Counted from the first letter of the stretch, positions 39,989 through 52,703 are shown. The stretch is DNA of 64,000 bases from an uncultured Thalassobacter sp. (GCA_963922715.1 CAWUJT010000001.1:9430-73429), one strand, 5' to 3'. A program made the numbers and translations. The notes: generated by a model not told the origin, from the letters alone.

Positions 39989-41526
39989 TGGGGATCCAAG
40001 CTGCTGAAATATCTGCAATCTTAAAAGAGCAGATCAAGAATTTTGGCCAAGAGGCTGAAGTTGCCGAAGTCGGGCGTGTACTTTCAGTCGGTGACGGAAT
40101 TGCCCGGGTTTACGGGCTCGATAACGTGCAAGCGGGTGAAATGGTGGAATTCCCTGGCGGAATTCGCGGCATGGCACTCAACCTTGAAGCTGACAATGTC
40201 GGTGTCGTGATTTTCGGCTCTGACCGTGACATTAAGGAGGGCGACACTGTTAAACGCACAAACGCAATTGTGGATGTGCCTGCCGGTGACGCTCTGCTTG
40301 GTCGGGTGGTGGATGCTTTGGGCAATCCACTCGACGGCAAAGGGGCGATCAAAGCCTCAGAGCGGCGCGTGGCCGATGTCAAAGCGCCAGGTATTATTCC
40401 GCGTAAATCCGTGCATGAGCCGATGGCCACAGGCCTAAAGTCGGTCGATGCGATGATCCCGATTGGCCGTGGACAGCGCGAGTTGATTATCGGAGACAGG
40501 CAAACGGGGAAGACCGCGGTTGCCCTTGATACGATCCTAAATCAAAAAGCCTACAACGACGCGGCGGGCGATGACGAAAGCAAAAAGCTTTATTGTGTTT
40601 ATGTCGCCGTTGGCCAAAAGCGGTCAACCGTGGCGCAACTGGTGAAAAAGCTCGAAGAAAGCGGCGCGATTGAGTATTCGATTATTGTGGCCGCGACGGC
40701 CTCTGATCCCGCGCCGATGCAGTTTCTGGCCCCCTATGCGGCCACGGCGATGGCGGAGTATTTCCGCGACAACGGCCGCCACGCATTGATCATTTATGAT
40801 GATCTGTCGAAACAAGCGGTTGCTTATCGCCAGATGTCCCTTCTTCTGCGTCGCCCCCCAGGCCGCGAAGCGTATCCAGGCGATGTGTTCTATCTGCACT
40901 CTCGTCTTTTGGAGCGTTCTGCGAAGCTCAATGAAGACAATGGGGCAGGCTCTTTGACCGCCCTTCCGATCATTGAAACGCAAGGCGGGGATGTGTCTGC
41001 GTTTATTCCAACCAACGTGATCTCCATCACCGATGGACAAATCTTTCTCGAGACAGAGCTTTTCTACCAAGGCATCCGCCCGGCTGTGAACACAGGATTG
41101 AGCGTCAGCCGTGTGGGATCATCGGCCCAAACCAATGCTATGAAATCTGTTGCAGGTCCTGTGAAACTCTCGCTGGCGCAATACCGGGAAATGGCCGCGT
41201 TCGCACAATTCGGCTCTGACCTGGATGCTGCCACACAGCAGCTTTTGAACAGAGGCGCGCGTCTGACCGAGCTGATGAAACAACCGCAGTATTCGCCTTT
41301 GACAAACGCAGAGATCGTTTGTGTGATCTATGCCGGCACCAAGGGGTATCTCGACAAAGTTGATATCAAAGATGTGGGCCGATGGGAGCAGGGGTTGCTC
41401 AGCCATATCCGTAGCAAAAATAAAGACCTTCTCGACTTTATCACCGATGAAGATCCTAAGATCAAAGGGGACGCCGAGGACAAGCTGAAAGCTGCCATCG
41501 ATCAATATGCTGCGACATTTGCGTAA
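39988..41526 (+). CDS. atpA: F0F1 ATP synthase subunit alpha
   Basis: A 512-aa ORF with Walker [10 protein letters not shown], plus the ITDGQIFLE and [10 protein letters not shown] motifs. Confidence 0.98.
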   Translation: MGIQAAEISAILKEQIKNFGQEAEVAEVGRVLSVGDGIARVYGLDNVQAGEMVEFPGGIRGMALNLEADNVGVVIFGSDRDIKEGDTVKRTNAIVDVPAGDALLGRVVDALGNPLDGKGAIKASERRVADVKAPGIIPRKSVHEPMATGLKSVDAMIPIGRGQRELIIGDRQTGKTAVALDTILNQKAYNDAAGDDESKKLYCVYVAVGQKRSTVAQLVKKLEESGAIEYSIIVAATASDPAPMQFLAPYAATAMAEYFRDNGRHALIIYDDLSKQAVAYRQMSLLLRRPPGREAYPGDVFYLHSRLLERSAKLNEDNGAGSLTALPIIETQGGDVSAFIPTNVISITDGQIFLETELFYQGIRPAVNTGLSVSRVGSSAQTNAMKSVAGPVKLSLAQYREMAAFAQFGSDLDAATQQLLNRGARLTELMKQPQYSPLTNAEIVCVIYAGTKGYLDKVDIKDVGRWEQGLLSHIRSKNKDLLDFITDEDPKIKGDAEDKLKAAIDQYAATFA

Positions 41527-41535
41527 GGTCATCTG

Positions 41536-43856
<2,321 letters not shown>

Positions 43857-43858
43857 TT

Positions 43859-44269
43859 ATGGCGGACAGTATGCACTTCGATCTTGTTAGCCCCGAGCGT
43901 CGGCTTGCCTCATTCGATGTGACTGAGGTTCAACTGCCAGCTGTAGAAGGTGACATGACAGCGATGCCAAACCATGAGCCTATTTTGTCAACTCTACGCC
44001 CTGGATTTTTACGTGCCACTGGGCCAGAGGGTGTATCAGAGTACCTTGTTACAGGTGGTTTTGTTGAGATCGGTGATGGCGGTGGGGTGACAGTTTTGGC
44101 AGAACGTGTCTATGATAGAGAAAGTATAACTCAATCTGATATGACGGCACTATTAGACGATGCCCGTAAACATTTGAACGAAGCAGAGCCTGAGGCAATA
44201 GAGGCAGCACATAAAATAGTTGGGGATCTTAAAGCACTTACTATCGTCTTAGGTTTTAGCACATCTTAA
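43859..44269 (+). CDS. atpC: F0F1 ATP synthase subunit epsilon
   Basis: MADSMHFDLVSPERRLASFDVTEVQLPAVEGDMTAMPNHEP is a typical epsilon N-terminus. The ATG lies 3 nt after the atpD stop. Confidence 0.93.
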   Translation: MADSMHFDLVSPERRLASFDVTEVQLPAVEGDMTAMPNHEPILSTLRPGFLRATGPEGVSEYLVTGGFVEIGDGGGVTVLAERVYDRESITQSDMTALLDDARKHLNEAEPEAIEAAHKIVGDLKALTIVLGFSTS

Positions 44270-44355
44270 GATGTTTCTATATGCCGTTAAAAACGTTTTG
44301 GTTATACCATTGAGTCATCATTACGTTCACCTGAACTATAGAAAATGAGAGCGTT

Positions 44356-44607
44356 TTATTTTGACGTTTTCGCCTCTAATGCTTCTATTCTCGCGATAAG
44401 TGCCGCATTTTCTTCGCGCGCTTTCTGCGCCATAGCGCGGACGGCATCGAATTCTTCCCGCGTGACAAAATCACGATCTGCCAGCCAACGGTCTGTGAGG
44501 GATTTAAGCGCTGTTTCGGCCTCTTCGCGTGCGCCTTGTGCAACCCCCATGGCATTCGTCATGAGTTGACTTAAGTCGTCGAAAACTTTGTTGCGTGTCT
44601 GCATCAT
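44356..44607 (-). CDS. ubiK: UbiK/YqiC-family accessory factor (membrane-fusogenic BMFP-like)
   Basis: An 83-aa ORF with FDDLSQLMTNAMGVAQGAREEAE and FVTREEFDAVRAMAQKAREENAAL, as in the YqiC/UbiK family. Confidence 0.75.
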   Translation of the reverse strand: MMQTRNKVFDDLSQLMTNAMGVAQGAREEAETALKSLTDRWLADRDFVTREEFDAVRAMAQKAREENAALIARIEALEAKTSK

Positions 44608-44698
44608 TCTGGTTCCTTTTGTTGTTATTTACAATATGGCCTCTCAAAGTCGAAGGCTCAAGGTTGACATCTTGGTTTCATCGACCAATCCAACATTT

Positions 44699-45580
44699 AT
44701 GATGTTTGCAATACCATTTCCCTCAATCTCTCCCGATTTGTTCTCGTTTGAAGTCGGCGGCTTCACTCTTGCGCTTAGATGGTATGGGTTGGCGTATATT
44801 GCCGGGCTGACCATTGCTTGGGCGTTGGCAGTACATTTTGCTAAGCAGGCAACGCTTTGGCCAGACGCGCGCGTCCCAATGACACCTGCGCAAGTTGAAG
44901 ACATCATGACTTGGATGGTTTTAGGGGTGATTTTGGGAGGACGCCTTGGATTTGTGCTGATCTATGAACCTACCTATTACCTCTCCAACCCTTTGGAAAT
45001 ACTCAAGGTTTGGCGGGGGGGAATGGCTTTTCATGGCGGTTTCTTGGGTGTAGTGATTGCGGCTTGGATCTATGCCTGGCGCCATAAACTCCCGTTAGCC
45101 TCAACCGCCGATCTTGTTGCCATTACGGTGCCGCCGGGATTGTTTTTGGGACGTATTGCCAATTTTATCAATGCTGAGCTTTGGGGTAGGCCCACCGATG
45201 TGCCTTGGGGGGTGATTTTCCCAGGCGAGTTAGCACAAGCCTGTGCCACCGCAGCAGGGCCTTGCGTCAGACATCCTTCGCAACTTTACGAGGCTGCTTT
45301 GGAAGGGGGTGTTCTGTTTATCGTTTTGATTTGGCTGGCGGTGCGCCGAGGGGCTTTTCACCGCCCTTGGCTGATCACGGGCACATTCATCGCAGGTTAT
45401 GGTGCCAGCCGAATTTTTGTTGAGGCGTTTCGCCAAGCCGATCCGCAATATATCACCCCCACCAACCCGGTCGGTCATGTGATACAGTTGGGTGATTTTG
45501 GGCTAACGATGGGGCAACTTCTCTCTGTACCGATGCTTTTGGTCGGCTTTGTTATTATTGTTTATGCGCTTCGGCGATGA
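44699..45580 (+). CDS. lgt: Prolipoprotein diacylglyceryl transferase
   Basis: The gene starts MMFAIPFPSISPDLFSF..LALRWYGLAYIAG. The GGMAFHGG, GRIANFINAELWGRPT and HPSQLYEA motifs are present. The ORF-track start at 44588 is rejected as an extension. Confidence 0.94.
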   Translation: MMFAIPFPSISPDLFSFEVGGFTLALRWYGLAYIAGLTIAWALAVHFAKQATLWPDARVPMTPAQVEDIMTWMVLGVILGGRLGFVLIYEPTYYLSNPLEILKVWRGGMAFHGGFLGVVIAAWIYAWRHKLPLASTADLVAITVPPGLFLGRIANFINAELWGRPTDVPWGVIFPGELAQACATAAGPCVRHPSQLYEAALEGGVLFIVLIWLAVRRGAFHRPWLITGTFIAGYGASRIFVEAFRQADPQYITPTNPVGHVIQLGDFGLTMGQLLSVPMLLVGFVIIVYALRR

Positions 45581-46644
45581 CCGCTCTGGCGCCACATCTT
45601 TTGTCGCTGATAGAAACAGGCGGACCAATCCCCGTTTCAACGTACATGGCAGAGTGTCTTTTGCATCCGACATACGGCTATTACAGCACGAAAGACCCTT
45701 TGGGAGAGGCGGGTGATTTCACCACAGCGCCAGAAATGTCTCAAATGTTTGGGGAGTTGATTGGCCTTTGCCTAGGGCAAGCCTGGGTTGATCAAGGCAA
45801 ACCTGCAAAACCTCTCCTTACGGAGCTTGGTCCTGGCCGCGGCACATTGATGTCGGATGCTTTGCGCGCTTTGACGATCATGCCAGAGTTTGCCCCTCGG
45901 CTTCATCTGATTGAGGCCTCTGCCGTGCTGCGGCAAGAACAGATGGAACGGCTGCGACACTATGAGCCGACCTGGCACGCTTCTGTGACAGACTTGCCGC
46001 GCGATCGGCCTCTGTTTCTGATCGCGAACGAATTCTTTGACGCTTTGCCGATCCGTCAATACCAGCGCCGTGAAACGGGCTGGGATGAGATCATGGTGGC
46101 AGCGAAGCATAATAATAAGCTTTGTCAAATACGTGTCCCATGTGTACCTCCTAAGGCTCTTTCGACACGCAGTGACGTTCAACCTGGGCAAATTGTTGAA
46201 CTTTGCCCTGCGTTCGCATCAATCATGTCTGAGATTGAGGATCGTTTGACACGCAACGGAGGGGCGGTGGTCATTATAGATTACGGCGGTTGGCGGTCCT
46301 TAGGGGATACAGTGCAGGCTGTTAGGGATCATAAATCTGAATCCATTTTCGCCAATCCAGGAGAAGCTGATTTGACGGCACATGTGGATTTTGAAGCTTT
46401 GTCAAACCATGCCCCAAACCTCAAAAGATCCGGCATGACGCCCCAGGGTATCTTCCTAGAACGATTGGGGATTACAGCGCGCGCGCAACAGCTGGCCAAG
46501 ACAATGCAGGGGGACGCTTTGGAAAACCATATTGCTGCGCATCGGCGCTTGACGCATCCAAAGGAAATGGGCTCTTTGTTCAAAGTCCTGGCTTTTGTGC
46601 CGAAAGATGCGCCGCTGCCACCTGGGTTTGAGAATACACTATGA
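45577..46644 (+). CDS. Class I SAM-dependent methyltransferase, DUF185 / MidA (NDUFAF7-like) family
   Basis: A 355-aa ORF with YYSTKDPLGEAGDFTTAPEMSQMFGELIG and ELGPGRGTLM. It overlaps the lgt stop by 4 nt. Confidence 0.8.
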   Translation: MTALAPHLLSLIETGGPIPVSTYMAECLLHPTYGYYSTKDPLGEAGDFTTAPEMSQMFGELIGLCLGQAWVDQGKPAKPLLTELGPGRGTLMSDALRALTIMPEFAPRLHLIEASAVLRQEQMERLRHYEPTWHASVTDLPRDRPLFLIANEFFDALPIRQYQRRETGWDEIMVAAKHNNKLCQIRVPCVPPKALSTRSDVQPGQIVELCPAFASIMSEIEDRLTRNGGAVVIIDYGGWRSLGDTVQAVRDHKSESIFANPGEADLTAHVDFEALSNHAPNLKRSGMTPQGIFLERLGITARAQQLAKTMQGDALENHIAAHRRLTHPKEMGSLFKVLAFVPKDAPLPPGFENTL

Positions 46645-47393
46645 CATTGGACATCCTGACAAGCGATCTTTTGCAACCTGCCACGCACGGGTTTTTCACC
46701 CGCAAGGGGGGTGTTTCAACTGGACCCTATGCAGGGCTGAATTGCGGTCTTGGATCAGGGGATGAGGTCCAGCATGTCCTTACCAATCGGCTTCGCGTCA
46801 GTGCTACAATAGGGGTTGAGCGTTTGGAAAGTGTCCACCAAACCCATTCTGCGGATGTCTTAATCGTGGATACACCTGTAAAAGAGCCCCGACCAGAAGC
46901 AGACGCTTTGGTCACACAAACACCTGGGCTTGCCCTCACAATTCTGACCGCTGATTGCCAACCTGTTCTGTTCTATGATCCTCAAGCCAAGGTGATTGGT
47001 GCGGCCCATGCGGGATGGCGCGGCGCGTTGGATGGTATACTTGAAGCAACGCTTGCGGCCATGCAACGGCTCGGGGCGCATATAAGTCGTATCCATGCTG
47101 TGATTGGACCGACGATTAGTGCGAACGCCTATGAGGTGGGCCCGGAGTTTCGAGATCGTTTCCTGGCCGATGACCCCGACACCGCACAGTTTTTTTTCCA
47201 AGGTGATGCGGATCGTTTTCAGTTCGACCTCCCATCCTATGGGCTATGGCGGCTGAGGCGTGCAGGCGTTGGTCAGGCCACTTGGACAGGTCATTGCACC
47301 TATACAGATTCTGAGAGCTTCTATTCGTACCGACGCGCCTGCCACGATGGGGCTTCAGATTATGGACGACTTATTTCTGCTATACGGCTTTGA
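46641..47393 (+). CDS. pgeF: Peptidoglycan editing factor PgeF (YfiH/DUF152 laccase-domain protein)
   Basis: A 250-aa ORF with HGFFTRKGGVS, QTHSADV, TADCQPVLF, AHAGWRG and the C-terminal FYSYRR. Confidence 0.88.
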   Translation: MTLDILTSDLLQPATHGFFTRKGGVSTGPYAGLNCGLGSGDEVQHVLTNRLRVSATIGVERLESVHQTHSADVLIVDTPVKEPRPEADALVTQTPGLALTILTADCQPVLFYDPQAKVIGAAHAGWRGALDGILEATLAAMQRLGAHISRIHAVIGPTISANAYEVGPEFRDRFLADDPDTAQFFFQGDADRFQFDLPSYGLWRLRRAGVGQATWTGHCTYTDSESFYSYRRACHDGASDYGRLISAIRL

Positions 47394-47608
47394 GACAGGT
47401 CTTTGTCAACTTCATGGCGATTTGAGGGAGCTGCGCTTGCATTAAATAAGAATTCTTATGTTTATCTTGGCTTTATACAGAATTGTTTCGCAATGCAGAA
47501 CATTTAATGGTCTATTTATTCCCTCAAATCTTCCTATTCACGTCAAAAGTCTGCCTCATGCTGTAGCTATTGTTTCCTTAGTGAAGCTAAACGCCATGGA
47601 GGATAACA

Positions 47609-47743
47609 ATGGCACGTAAGACCTGGATGAAAGAAGTTATCAAAGCAGCAAAAGCTGATAAAACCGAAGCTCCGTGGACGCGGGGGGCAAAGCGCACTGA
47701 AATGATCGCACGCCGCAAAACCGAGGTCCGTAAATCTGCATAA
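47609..47743 (+). CDS. Small basic hypothetical protein (44 aa), not in the supplied ORF track
   Basis: The ATG is preceded by GGAGGA at 47598-47603 with a 5-nt spacer. The product is MARKTWMKEVIKAAKADKTEAPWTRGAKRTEMIARRKTEVRKSA. It sits in an otherwise empty 378-bp gap. Confidence 0.5.
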   Translation: MARKTWMKEVIKAAKADKTEAPWTRGAKRTEMIARRKTEVRKSA

Positions 47744-47771
47744 GCGATGATAGATATCAATCACGCAAACG

Positions 47772-48842
47772 TCACTTTGATACTATTCGATTGATATGCC
47801 CCATCTTGCGGCCAGGTTTGACGGCGTGTTTGCCATAAAGGTGGACTTGCGTGTGGTTTGTGTTGAGATATTTCTCTAACGCCAACACATCGTCGCCAAT
47901 CAGATTGGTCATCTCGACATCGGCATAGCGGCTGCCATCGCCTAAGGGCAAGCCAGCAATCGCGCGGATATGTTGTTCAAATTGATCAACACTGCAGCCA
48001 GCCTGGGTCCAATGGCCGGAATTATGCACGCGTGACGCGATTTCGTTGACGAGCAATCCGTCCGAGGTCACGAAAAGCTCAACACCTATGACACCAATGT
48101 AATCGAGCGCATTTAGAATTTGGCTCGCTATCAAAACAGCATCGGTTTTTTGTGCAGCAGTGAGTGCAGCGGGCACCGATGTTGTGCGTAAAATACCATC
48201 CTTATGAATGTTCTGGCCTGGATCAAAGCAGGCGATGGAGCCATCCATAGCCCGTGCAGCAATGACACTAATTTCACAGGAAAAATCCACAAAGCCTTCC
48301 AGAACACAGGGCACGGATTTTAGCGATGTCCACGCTTGTGAGATATCAGTGTGCGCGTCTAGTGTAACTTGCCCTTTACCATCATAGCCAAAGCGCCGTG
48401 TCTTGAGGATCCCCGGTGTGCCGATTGTTGCAACAGCCGCGCTTAATGCATCGAGAGTATGCGCGGCTTGATACGGGGCGGTCCTAAGGCCAAGGCCATT
48501 GAGAAAGTCCTTCTCGGATAGCCTATCTTGTGCCGTTTCTAGCGCTGTTCGGTTTGGAAAAATGGGACAAAACTCTTCCAACAGATCCAATGCTGCGGTT
48601 GGAATATTTTCGAACTCATATGTGATAAGATCAACGGCTTGACCAAAGTGCCCTAGCGCGGCTTTGTCATCGTAAGCAGCTTTATGATGATAATTGGCAA
48701 CATGGGATGCAGGGCAATCACCTGCGGGATCAAAAATCGCACATTTGTAGCCTAAACGACTGGCGGCAACCGCCAGCATTCTGCCCAGTTGGCCACCCCC
48801 TAAAATACCGATTGTCGATCCTTGCGGCAAAGGATTAGACAT
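47772..48842 (-). CDS. purK: 5-(carboxyamino)imidazole ribonucleotide synthase
   Basis: The gene starts [22 protein letters not shown] and has an ATP-grasp body. The start at 48842 overlaps the purE stop by 8 nt. The longer ORF-track start is rejected. Confidence 0.93.
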   Translation of the reverse strand: MSNPLPQGSTIGILGGGQLGRMLAVAASRLGYKCAIFDPAGDCPASHVANYHHKAAYDDKAALGHFGQAVDLITYEFENIPTAALDLLEEFCPIFPNRTALETAQDRLSEKDFLNGLGLRTAPYQAAHTLDALSAAVATIGTPGILKTRRFGYDGKGQVTLDAHTDISQAWTSLKSVPCVLEGFVDFSCEISVIAARAMDGSIACFDPGQNIHKDGILRTTSVPAALTAAQKTDAVLIASQILNALDYIGVIGVELFVTSDGLLVNEIASRVHNSGHWTQAGCSVDQFEQHIRAIAGLPLGDGSRYADVEMTNLIGDDVLALEKYLNTNHTQVHLYGKHAVKPGRKMGHINRIVSK

Positions 48843-49329
48843 CGTGTGGGTGCTCCGGGACGGAGGCAGACAGTGCGTCTTTCCAGGATTGAAGACATCT
48901 GGCGATGTCCGCATCGCAAAGGGCCAGGATGGACGCTGCCATCAGCCCTGCATTGACCGCCCCAGGTATGCCGATGGCCATCGTGGCCACGGGGAAACCC
49001 TTTGGCATTTGAACGATGGAGTAAAGCGAGTCCACGCCTGACAGAGCCTCAGTCAAGACGGGCACGCCAATCACAGGCACATGCGTTTTTGAAGCCAGCA
49101 TACCGGGCAGATGCGCCGCCCCACCTGCACCGGCAATCATCACTTTAATCCCACGTTTGGGCGCCTCTTCTCCATACGCCCAAAGCCTGTCAGGCGTACG
49201 GTGCGCAGATATGATTTTGGTTTCGTGACTGATTTCTAATGTCGAAAGTATCTCGGCGGCATGACGCATCGTTGGCCAATCCGACTGACTGCCCATAATT
49301 ACACCAACACTTAAGGGACGTTCCGACAT
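48835..49329 (-). CDS. purE: 5-(carboxyamino)imidazole ribonucleotide mutase
   Basis: A 164-aa ORF with [22 protein letters not shown] and [10 protein letters not shown]. Confidence 0.96.
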   Translation of the reverse strand: MSERPLSVGVIMGSQSDWPTMRHAAEILSTLEISHETKIISAHRTPDRLWAYGEEAPKRGIKVMIAGAGGAAHLPGMLASKTHVPVIGVPVLTEALSGVDSLYSIVQMPKGFPVATMAIGIPGAVNAGLMAASILALCDADIARCLQSWKDALSASVPEHPHDV

Positions 49330-49344
49330 AGTTATGTCCTTTTC

Positions 49345-49566
49345 TCACGCTATGATATCAGGTGTGATTTGATCCTCAAGGCGCACAATTTGATCCTTCA
49401 GCATCAACTTGTGTTTTTTTAACCTGCGTATTTCAAGTGAATCCATATGCTCAGTTTCGCCTAAGGAATGTATTTTCTCATCAAGGGCACGATGTTCTTG
49501 CCGCAAGACCCCAAGTCTTGCGCGCAAAATTTCTTTGGAAGACATTTCGTTGAATGTGAATGTCAT
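49345..49566 (-). CDS. YdcH/DUF465-family protein
   Basis: A 73-aa ORF. L..EHR.LD..I and EIRRLKKHKLMLKDQI are typical of DUF465. Confidence 0.7.
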   Translation of the reverse strand: MTFTFNEMSSKEILRARLGVLRQEHRALDEKIHSLGETEHMDSLEIRRLKKHKLMLKDQIVRLEDQITPDIIA

Positions 49567-49720
49567 GATCTTGGTTAAATAATTACGGAAGTAACCTCTT
49601 TAACGTAAGATTTTAAAATTGCAATGGTATTGTAGAGCTTATCCAGAGCTCCCATATCAAAAGTGTGGTGCCACGATGGGCCACACCCATAAGCCGGATC
49701 GCTTTTTAAAGGACCTGCAC

Positions 49721-50137
49721 ATGAGCAAACTTACTCTTGCAACACATCCCTTTCTTTTGGGTTTTGACGAATTAGAGCGTCTTGTCGAACGCACGATAAA
49801 ATCTGGGAACGAAGGATACCCCCCGTATAATATAGAACAAACGGCTGAAAGCAGTTTTCGGATCACACTTGCCTTAGCGGGTTTCCACTTGGACAATCTC
49901 TCCATTCAAATAGAAGACAGACAATTGGTCATTCGCGGCAAGCAACAAGATGACACAGAGGGGCGTGTGTTTTTGCATCGCGGTATTGCAGCGCGGCAAT
50001 TTCAACGTGCATTTGTCCTGGCCGAAGGTGTCGAGGTGGTCGGTGCGACGATGGAGCATGGTCTTTTACACGTTGATCTGGAACGATCCCTTCCCGAGAG
50101 TGTGATCAAAACAATCAAAATTAAGCGCGGTGATTGA
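49721..50137 (+). CDS. Hsp20/alpha-crystallin small heat-shock protein
   Basis: MSKLTLATHPFLLGFDELERL...YPPYNIEQT..FRITLALAGF...GIAARQFQRAF is an IbpA-like ACD. The ATG at 49721 has AAAGGA 7 nt upstream. Confidence 0.9.
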   Translation: MSKLTLATHPFLLGFDELERLVERTIKSGNEGYPPYNIEQTAESSFRITLALAGFHLDNLSIQIEDRQLVIRGKQQDDTEGRVFLHRGIAARQFQRAFVLAEGVEVVGATMEHGLLHVDLERSLPESVIKTIKIKRGD

Positions 50138-50138
50138 G

Positions 50139-50354
50139 ATGAAAAAACAACATTTTGAAGACGATCCGATTGTCTATATTCGTGCTGTAAACCCAGATGA
50201 TTTGCCGGAAAAATTACGTGAGCAGACAGATGGTCTTGACCATCTTTACGCTTTACATCGCGCGGACGGATCACCTGTGGCGCTTGTCAAAGATCGGCAA
50301 ACAGCCTTTATCGTTGCGCGGCAAAACGATCTACAGCCCGTGTCTGTCCATTAA
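50139..50354 (+). CDS. DUF1150-family protein
   Basis: A ~71-aa ORF immediately after hsp20, the conserved alphaproteobacterial pairing. YIRAVNPDDL....LYALHRADGSPVALVKDRQTAFIVARQNDLQPVSVH is present. Confidence 0.7.
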   Translation: MKKQHFEDDPIVYIRAVNPDDLPEKLREQTDGLDHLYALHRADGSPVALVKDRQTAFIVARQNDLQPVSVH

Positions 50355-50384
50355 CGGGCGCAAGGGAAACAGATCAAATAGCGC

Positions 50385-51191
50385 TTAAACGGGCATCATT
50401 CCTTTAAGATCCGCAAGACTGCTTCCATGTGCAGGTTCTGCCGCTTGCAGCACAGCAGTCATGCGGTGGAATTCATGTGGGCCAAAGTGCCCGATGTTTG
50501 GTTTGAGGAGCACCGAAGGTGGAAACCGTGCCAGATGCTGATCTGTCAACGCGCGCACTAAAATGCGAAACGCGCCAGAGGCCGCTGTGACAGGACGGGG
50601 CAGTTTTGGGCCGTCCCGTGGTACTGACAAGGGGCTGATGACGTCTACCGCAATAATCTTATGATCTTGCGACAAAGCCGAGACAGGAAGATTGTCGGTC
50701 ATCCCCCCATCGATATAAACGGTGTCGTCGATGATCTGTGGCTTGAAAATGCCGGGTATGGCCATGGAGGCCGCAAGGGCAGGACGCAAGGGCCCGGTCG
50801 AGAAATAACGGGCCTTTTGACCATAAAAGTCTGTGGCCACACAGGTAAAAGGAATGGGCAATTCCTCGAATGTTTCTGGCACAGTTTCTGGTAAGATCAC
50901 GGACACAACATGCGCAGGGTCCAGGACACGCCGCAGGCCAATGTCCCACCAAGCCCCGCCAACAATCAGCCGCCGCCCAAGGCCCGGAAGATCGGAAATG
51001 AGTGGGATAACATGGGCGCGAATGTCCGCTGCGCTCATGCCAGCAGCATAGCACACCCCCAAAAGCGCCCCGATTGATGTGCCTGCAATCGCCTGTGGTT
51101 TGAGGTTACAACTGTCGATGGCCTCTAGGACGGGGATATGGGCGATACCTGCGGCACCGCCCCCACTCAATGCTAAGGAAATGTTACTCAT
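50385..51191 (-). CDS. Patatin-like phospholipase
   Basis: A 268-aa ORF with the oxyanion GGGAAG, the nucleophile GTSIG (GxSxG) and the catalytic-dyad DGG. Confidence 0.85.
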   Translation of the reverse strand: MSNISLALSGGGAAGIAHIPVLEAIDSCNLKPQAIAGTSIGALLGVCYAAGMSAADIRAHVIPLISDLPGLGRRLIVGGAWWDIGLRRVLDPAHVVSVILPETVPETFEELPIPFTCVATDFYGQKARYFSTGPLRPALAASMAIPGIFKPQIIDDTVYIDGGMTDNLPVSALSQDHKIIAVDVISPLSVPRDGPKLPRPVTAASGAFRILVRALTDQHLARFPPSVLLKPNIGHFGPHEFHRMTAVLQAAEPAHGSSLADLKGMMPV

Positions 51192-51401
51192 ATGGTCAAG
51201 CCATTGGTGCGAAAATGATAGGTTATCAAGTCTAAAGTGCTTTTTGATAACAAAACTCAGTAAATACGATAATCGAACGTGAGCATATCGTCCAGATTGA
51301 CCCAGTCTTGTGTCATCACACTCGTCTTGTGCTTCTCAGAGATAGTCAATCGAACTATTTATAGGTCGTTGGTTCAACTTGAGGCCACAGCAGACATCTC
51401 G

Positions 51402-52412
51402 TCAATCAGAGCCGTTGAGCACATTCACAAGAGTGGCCATGTCATCATGTAGCGCGCTTTTGAAGTGCAGAGCATTCCCGTCCACAGGGTGTTGAAACCC
51501 CAACTCTGCGGCATGAAGGGCTTGGCGGGGAAACCTTTGTACCGCATCTGCTGTCAGATCGTTTTTTGGCAATTTGCGACTGCCCCCGTAAAGGGGATCC
51601 CCAATCAGGCCGTGCCCCACATGCGCCATATGAACACGAATTTGATGGGTGCGCCCGGTCTCAAGCCAGCATTCGATCAAAGCGACATTGCCAAACGTCT
51701 CCAGCACTTTAACCCGTGTCACGGCATGACGGCCATTCGCAAAGACAACCGCTTGACGTTGTCGGTGTGTTTTATGGCGTGCAATCTGACTGGTGATTTT
51801 AAGCACGCCGTTTTGTTCAAAAGAAACACCGCGCACCCCACGCAAGCGTGGATCGGCCGCATTTGGAATGCCGTGACACAGCGCAACATAGAGTCTGTGA
51901 ACGCTGTGTGCCGCGAATTGTGCGGCAAGTCCATGGTGTGCGGCATCGCTTTTGGCAACCACAAGTAAGCCACTTGTGTCTTTATCAATTCGGTGAACGA
52001 TCCCTGGGCGTTTCTGCCCCCCGACGCCCGAGATGTTCTCGCCACAATAAGCCAGCAAGGCATTGACCAAAGTGCCCCGTGGACTGCCCGGCGCAGGATG
52101 CACAACCATGCCTGCCGGTTTATCAATCACCAGAAGGTGATCGTCCTCAAAAACCACGGTCAGTGGAATGGTCTCCGGCAGAGTATCTACTGCAGTCGCG
52201 GCTTCAAGGGCAATCTCCACCAAAGTGCCCTCTGATACGCTGGCTTTGACGGTTTGTGCGACCGCACCATCCACGCGGACAGCGCCTTCTGTAATCAAAC
52301 GTACCAACCGTGTGCGGCTGAGATGAACATTCTCTGGCACATCGCGCGCCAAGGCTTTATCAAGGCGATCAGGTGGATTGGCCCCTATGCGAAAGGCAAC
52401 GATGTCTGACAC
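51402..52412 (-). CDS. rluD: RluA-family 23S rRNA pseudouridine synthase (RluD-like)
   Basis: A 336-aa ORF with an N-terminal S4 domain and the catalytic HRIDKDTSGLLVVAK. HQIRVH is also present. The GTG start at 52412 has AGAAGGA 6 nt upstream. Confidence 0.9.
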   Translation of the reverse strand: MSDIVAFRIGANPPDRLDKALARDVPENVHLSRTRLVRLITEGAVRVDGAVAQTVKASVSEGTLVEIALEAATAVDTLPETIPLTVVFEDDHLLVIDKPAGMVVHPAPGSPRGTLVNALLAYCGENISGVGGQKRPGIVHRIDKDTSGLLVVAKSDAAHHGLAAQFAAHSVHRLYVALCHGIPNAADPRLRGVRGVSFEQNGVLKITSQIARHKTHRQRQAVVFANGRHAVTRVKVLETFGNVALIECWLETGRTHQIRVHMAHVGHGLIGDPLYGGSRKLPKNDLTADAVQRFPRQALHAAELGFQHPVDGNALHFKSALHDDMATLVNVLNGSD

Positions 52413-52695
52413 AGAAAATCCTTCTCAACTGCCACCAGATCTAAAGCTGCTTAAAGGACTGGTGACTGTTTTAACAGTGGTCATGATTTGTGGGATGATA
52501 AGCGTTGTCACACTGCTTGTCCTGCGTTTCCCCAAACCAATTACAGCACCCGAAGAGTTGGCTTTACCGGATGGGGCAACGCCCCAGGCCATCACCCAGG
52601 GTGAAAATTTCTGGGCAGTTGTAACAGAGGATAATCGCATTTTGATTTTTGGTCGAGATGGGATTTTGCGCCAAGACATCGCGATCATGCCTTAG
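52402..52695 (+). CDS. Small single-TM membrane protein (DUF6476-like)
   Basis: MSDTENPSQLPPDLKLLKGLVTVLTVVMICGMISVVTLLVLRF... The ATG at 52402 has GAAAGG upstream. The family name is from recall only. Confidence 0.55.
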   Translation: MSDTENPSQLPPDLKLLKGLVTVLTVVMICGMISVVTLLVLRFPKPITAPEELALPDGATPQAITQGENFWAVVTEDNRILIFGRDGILRQDIAIMP

Positions 52696-52703
52696 ATTGT
52701 TAA

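Noticed and set aside
47567-47764. 65-aa minus-strand ORF in the pgeF-purK spacer
   Set aside because: The product is Cys/Phe-rich, there is no Shine-Dalgarno sequence, and it is antisense to the better-supported 44-codon plus-strand ORF.
49663-49686. GTGTGG...CCACAC hairpin in the hsp20 leader as a possible ROSE-type RNA thermometer
   Set aside because: I could not find the ROSE hallmark, an anti-Shine-Dalgarno U(U/C)GCU stretch pairing with the Shine-Dalgarno sequence around a bulged G. The hairpin lies ~20 nt upstream of the Shine-Dalgarno sequence and does not include it.
51222-51251. 8-bp inverted repeat GTTATCAA...TTGATAAC upstream of the patatin-like gene
   Set aside because: It is a short AT-rich palindrome in an AT-rich spacer, so it could easily arise by chance. 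No known operator consensus is matched.
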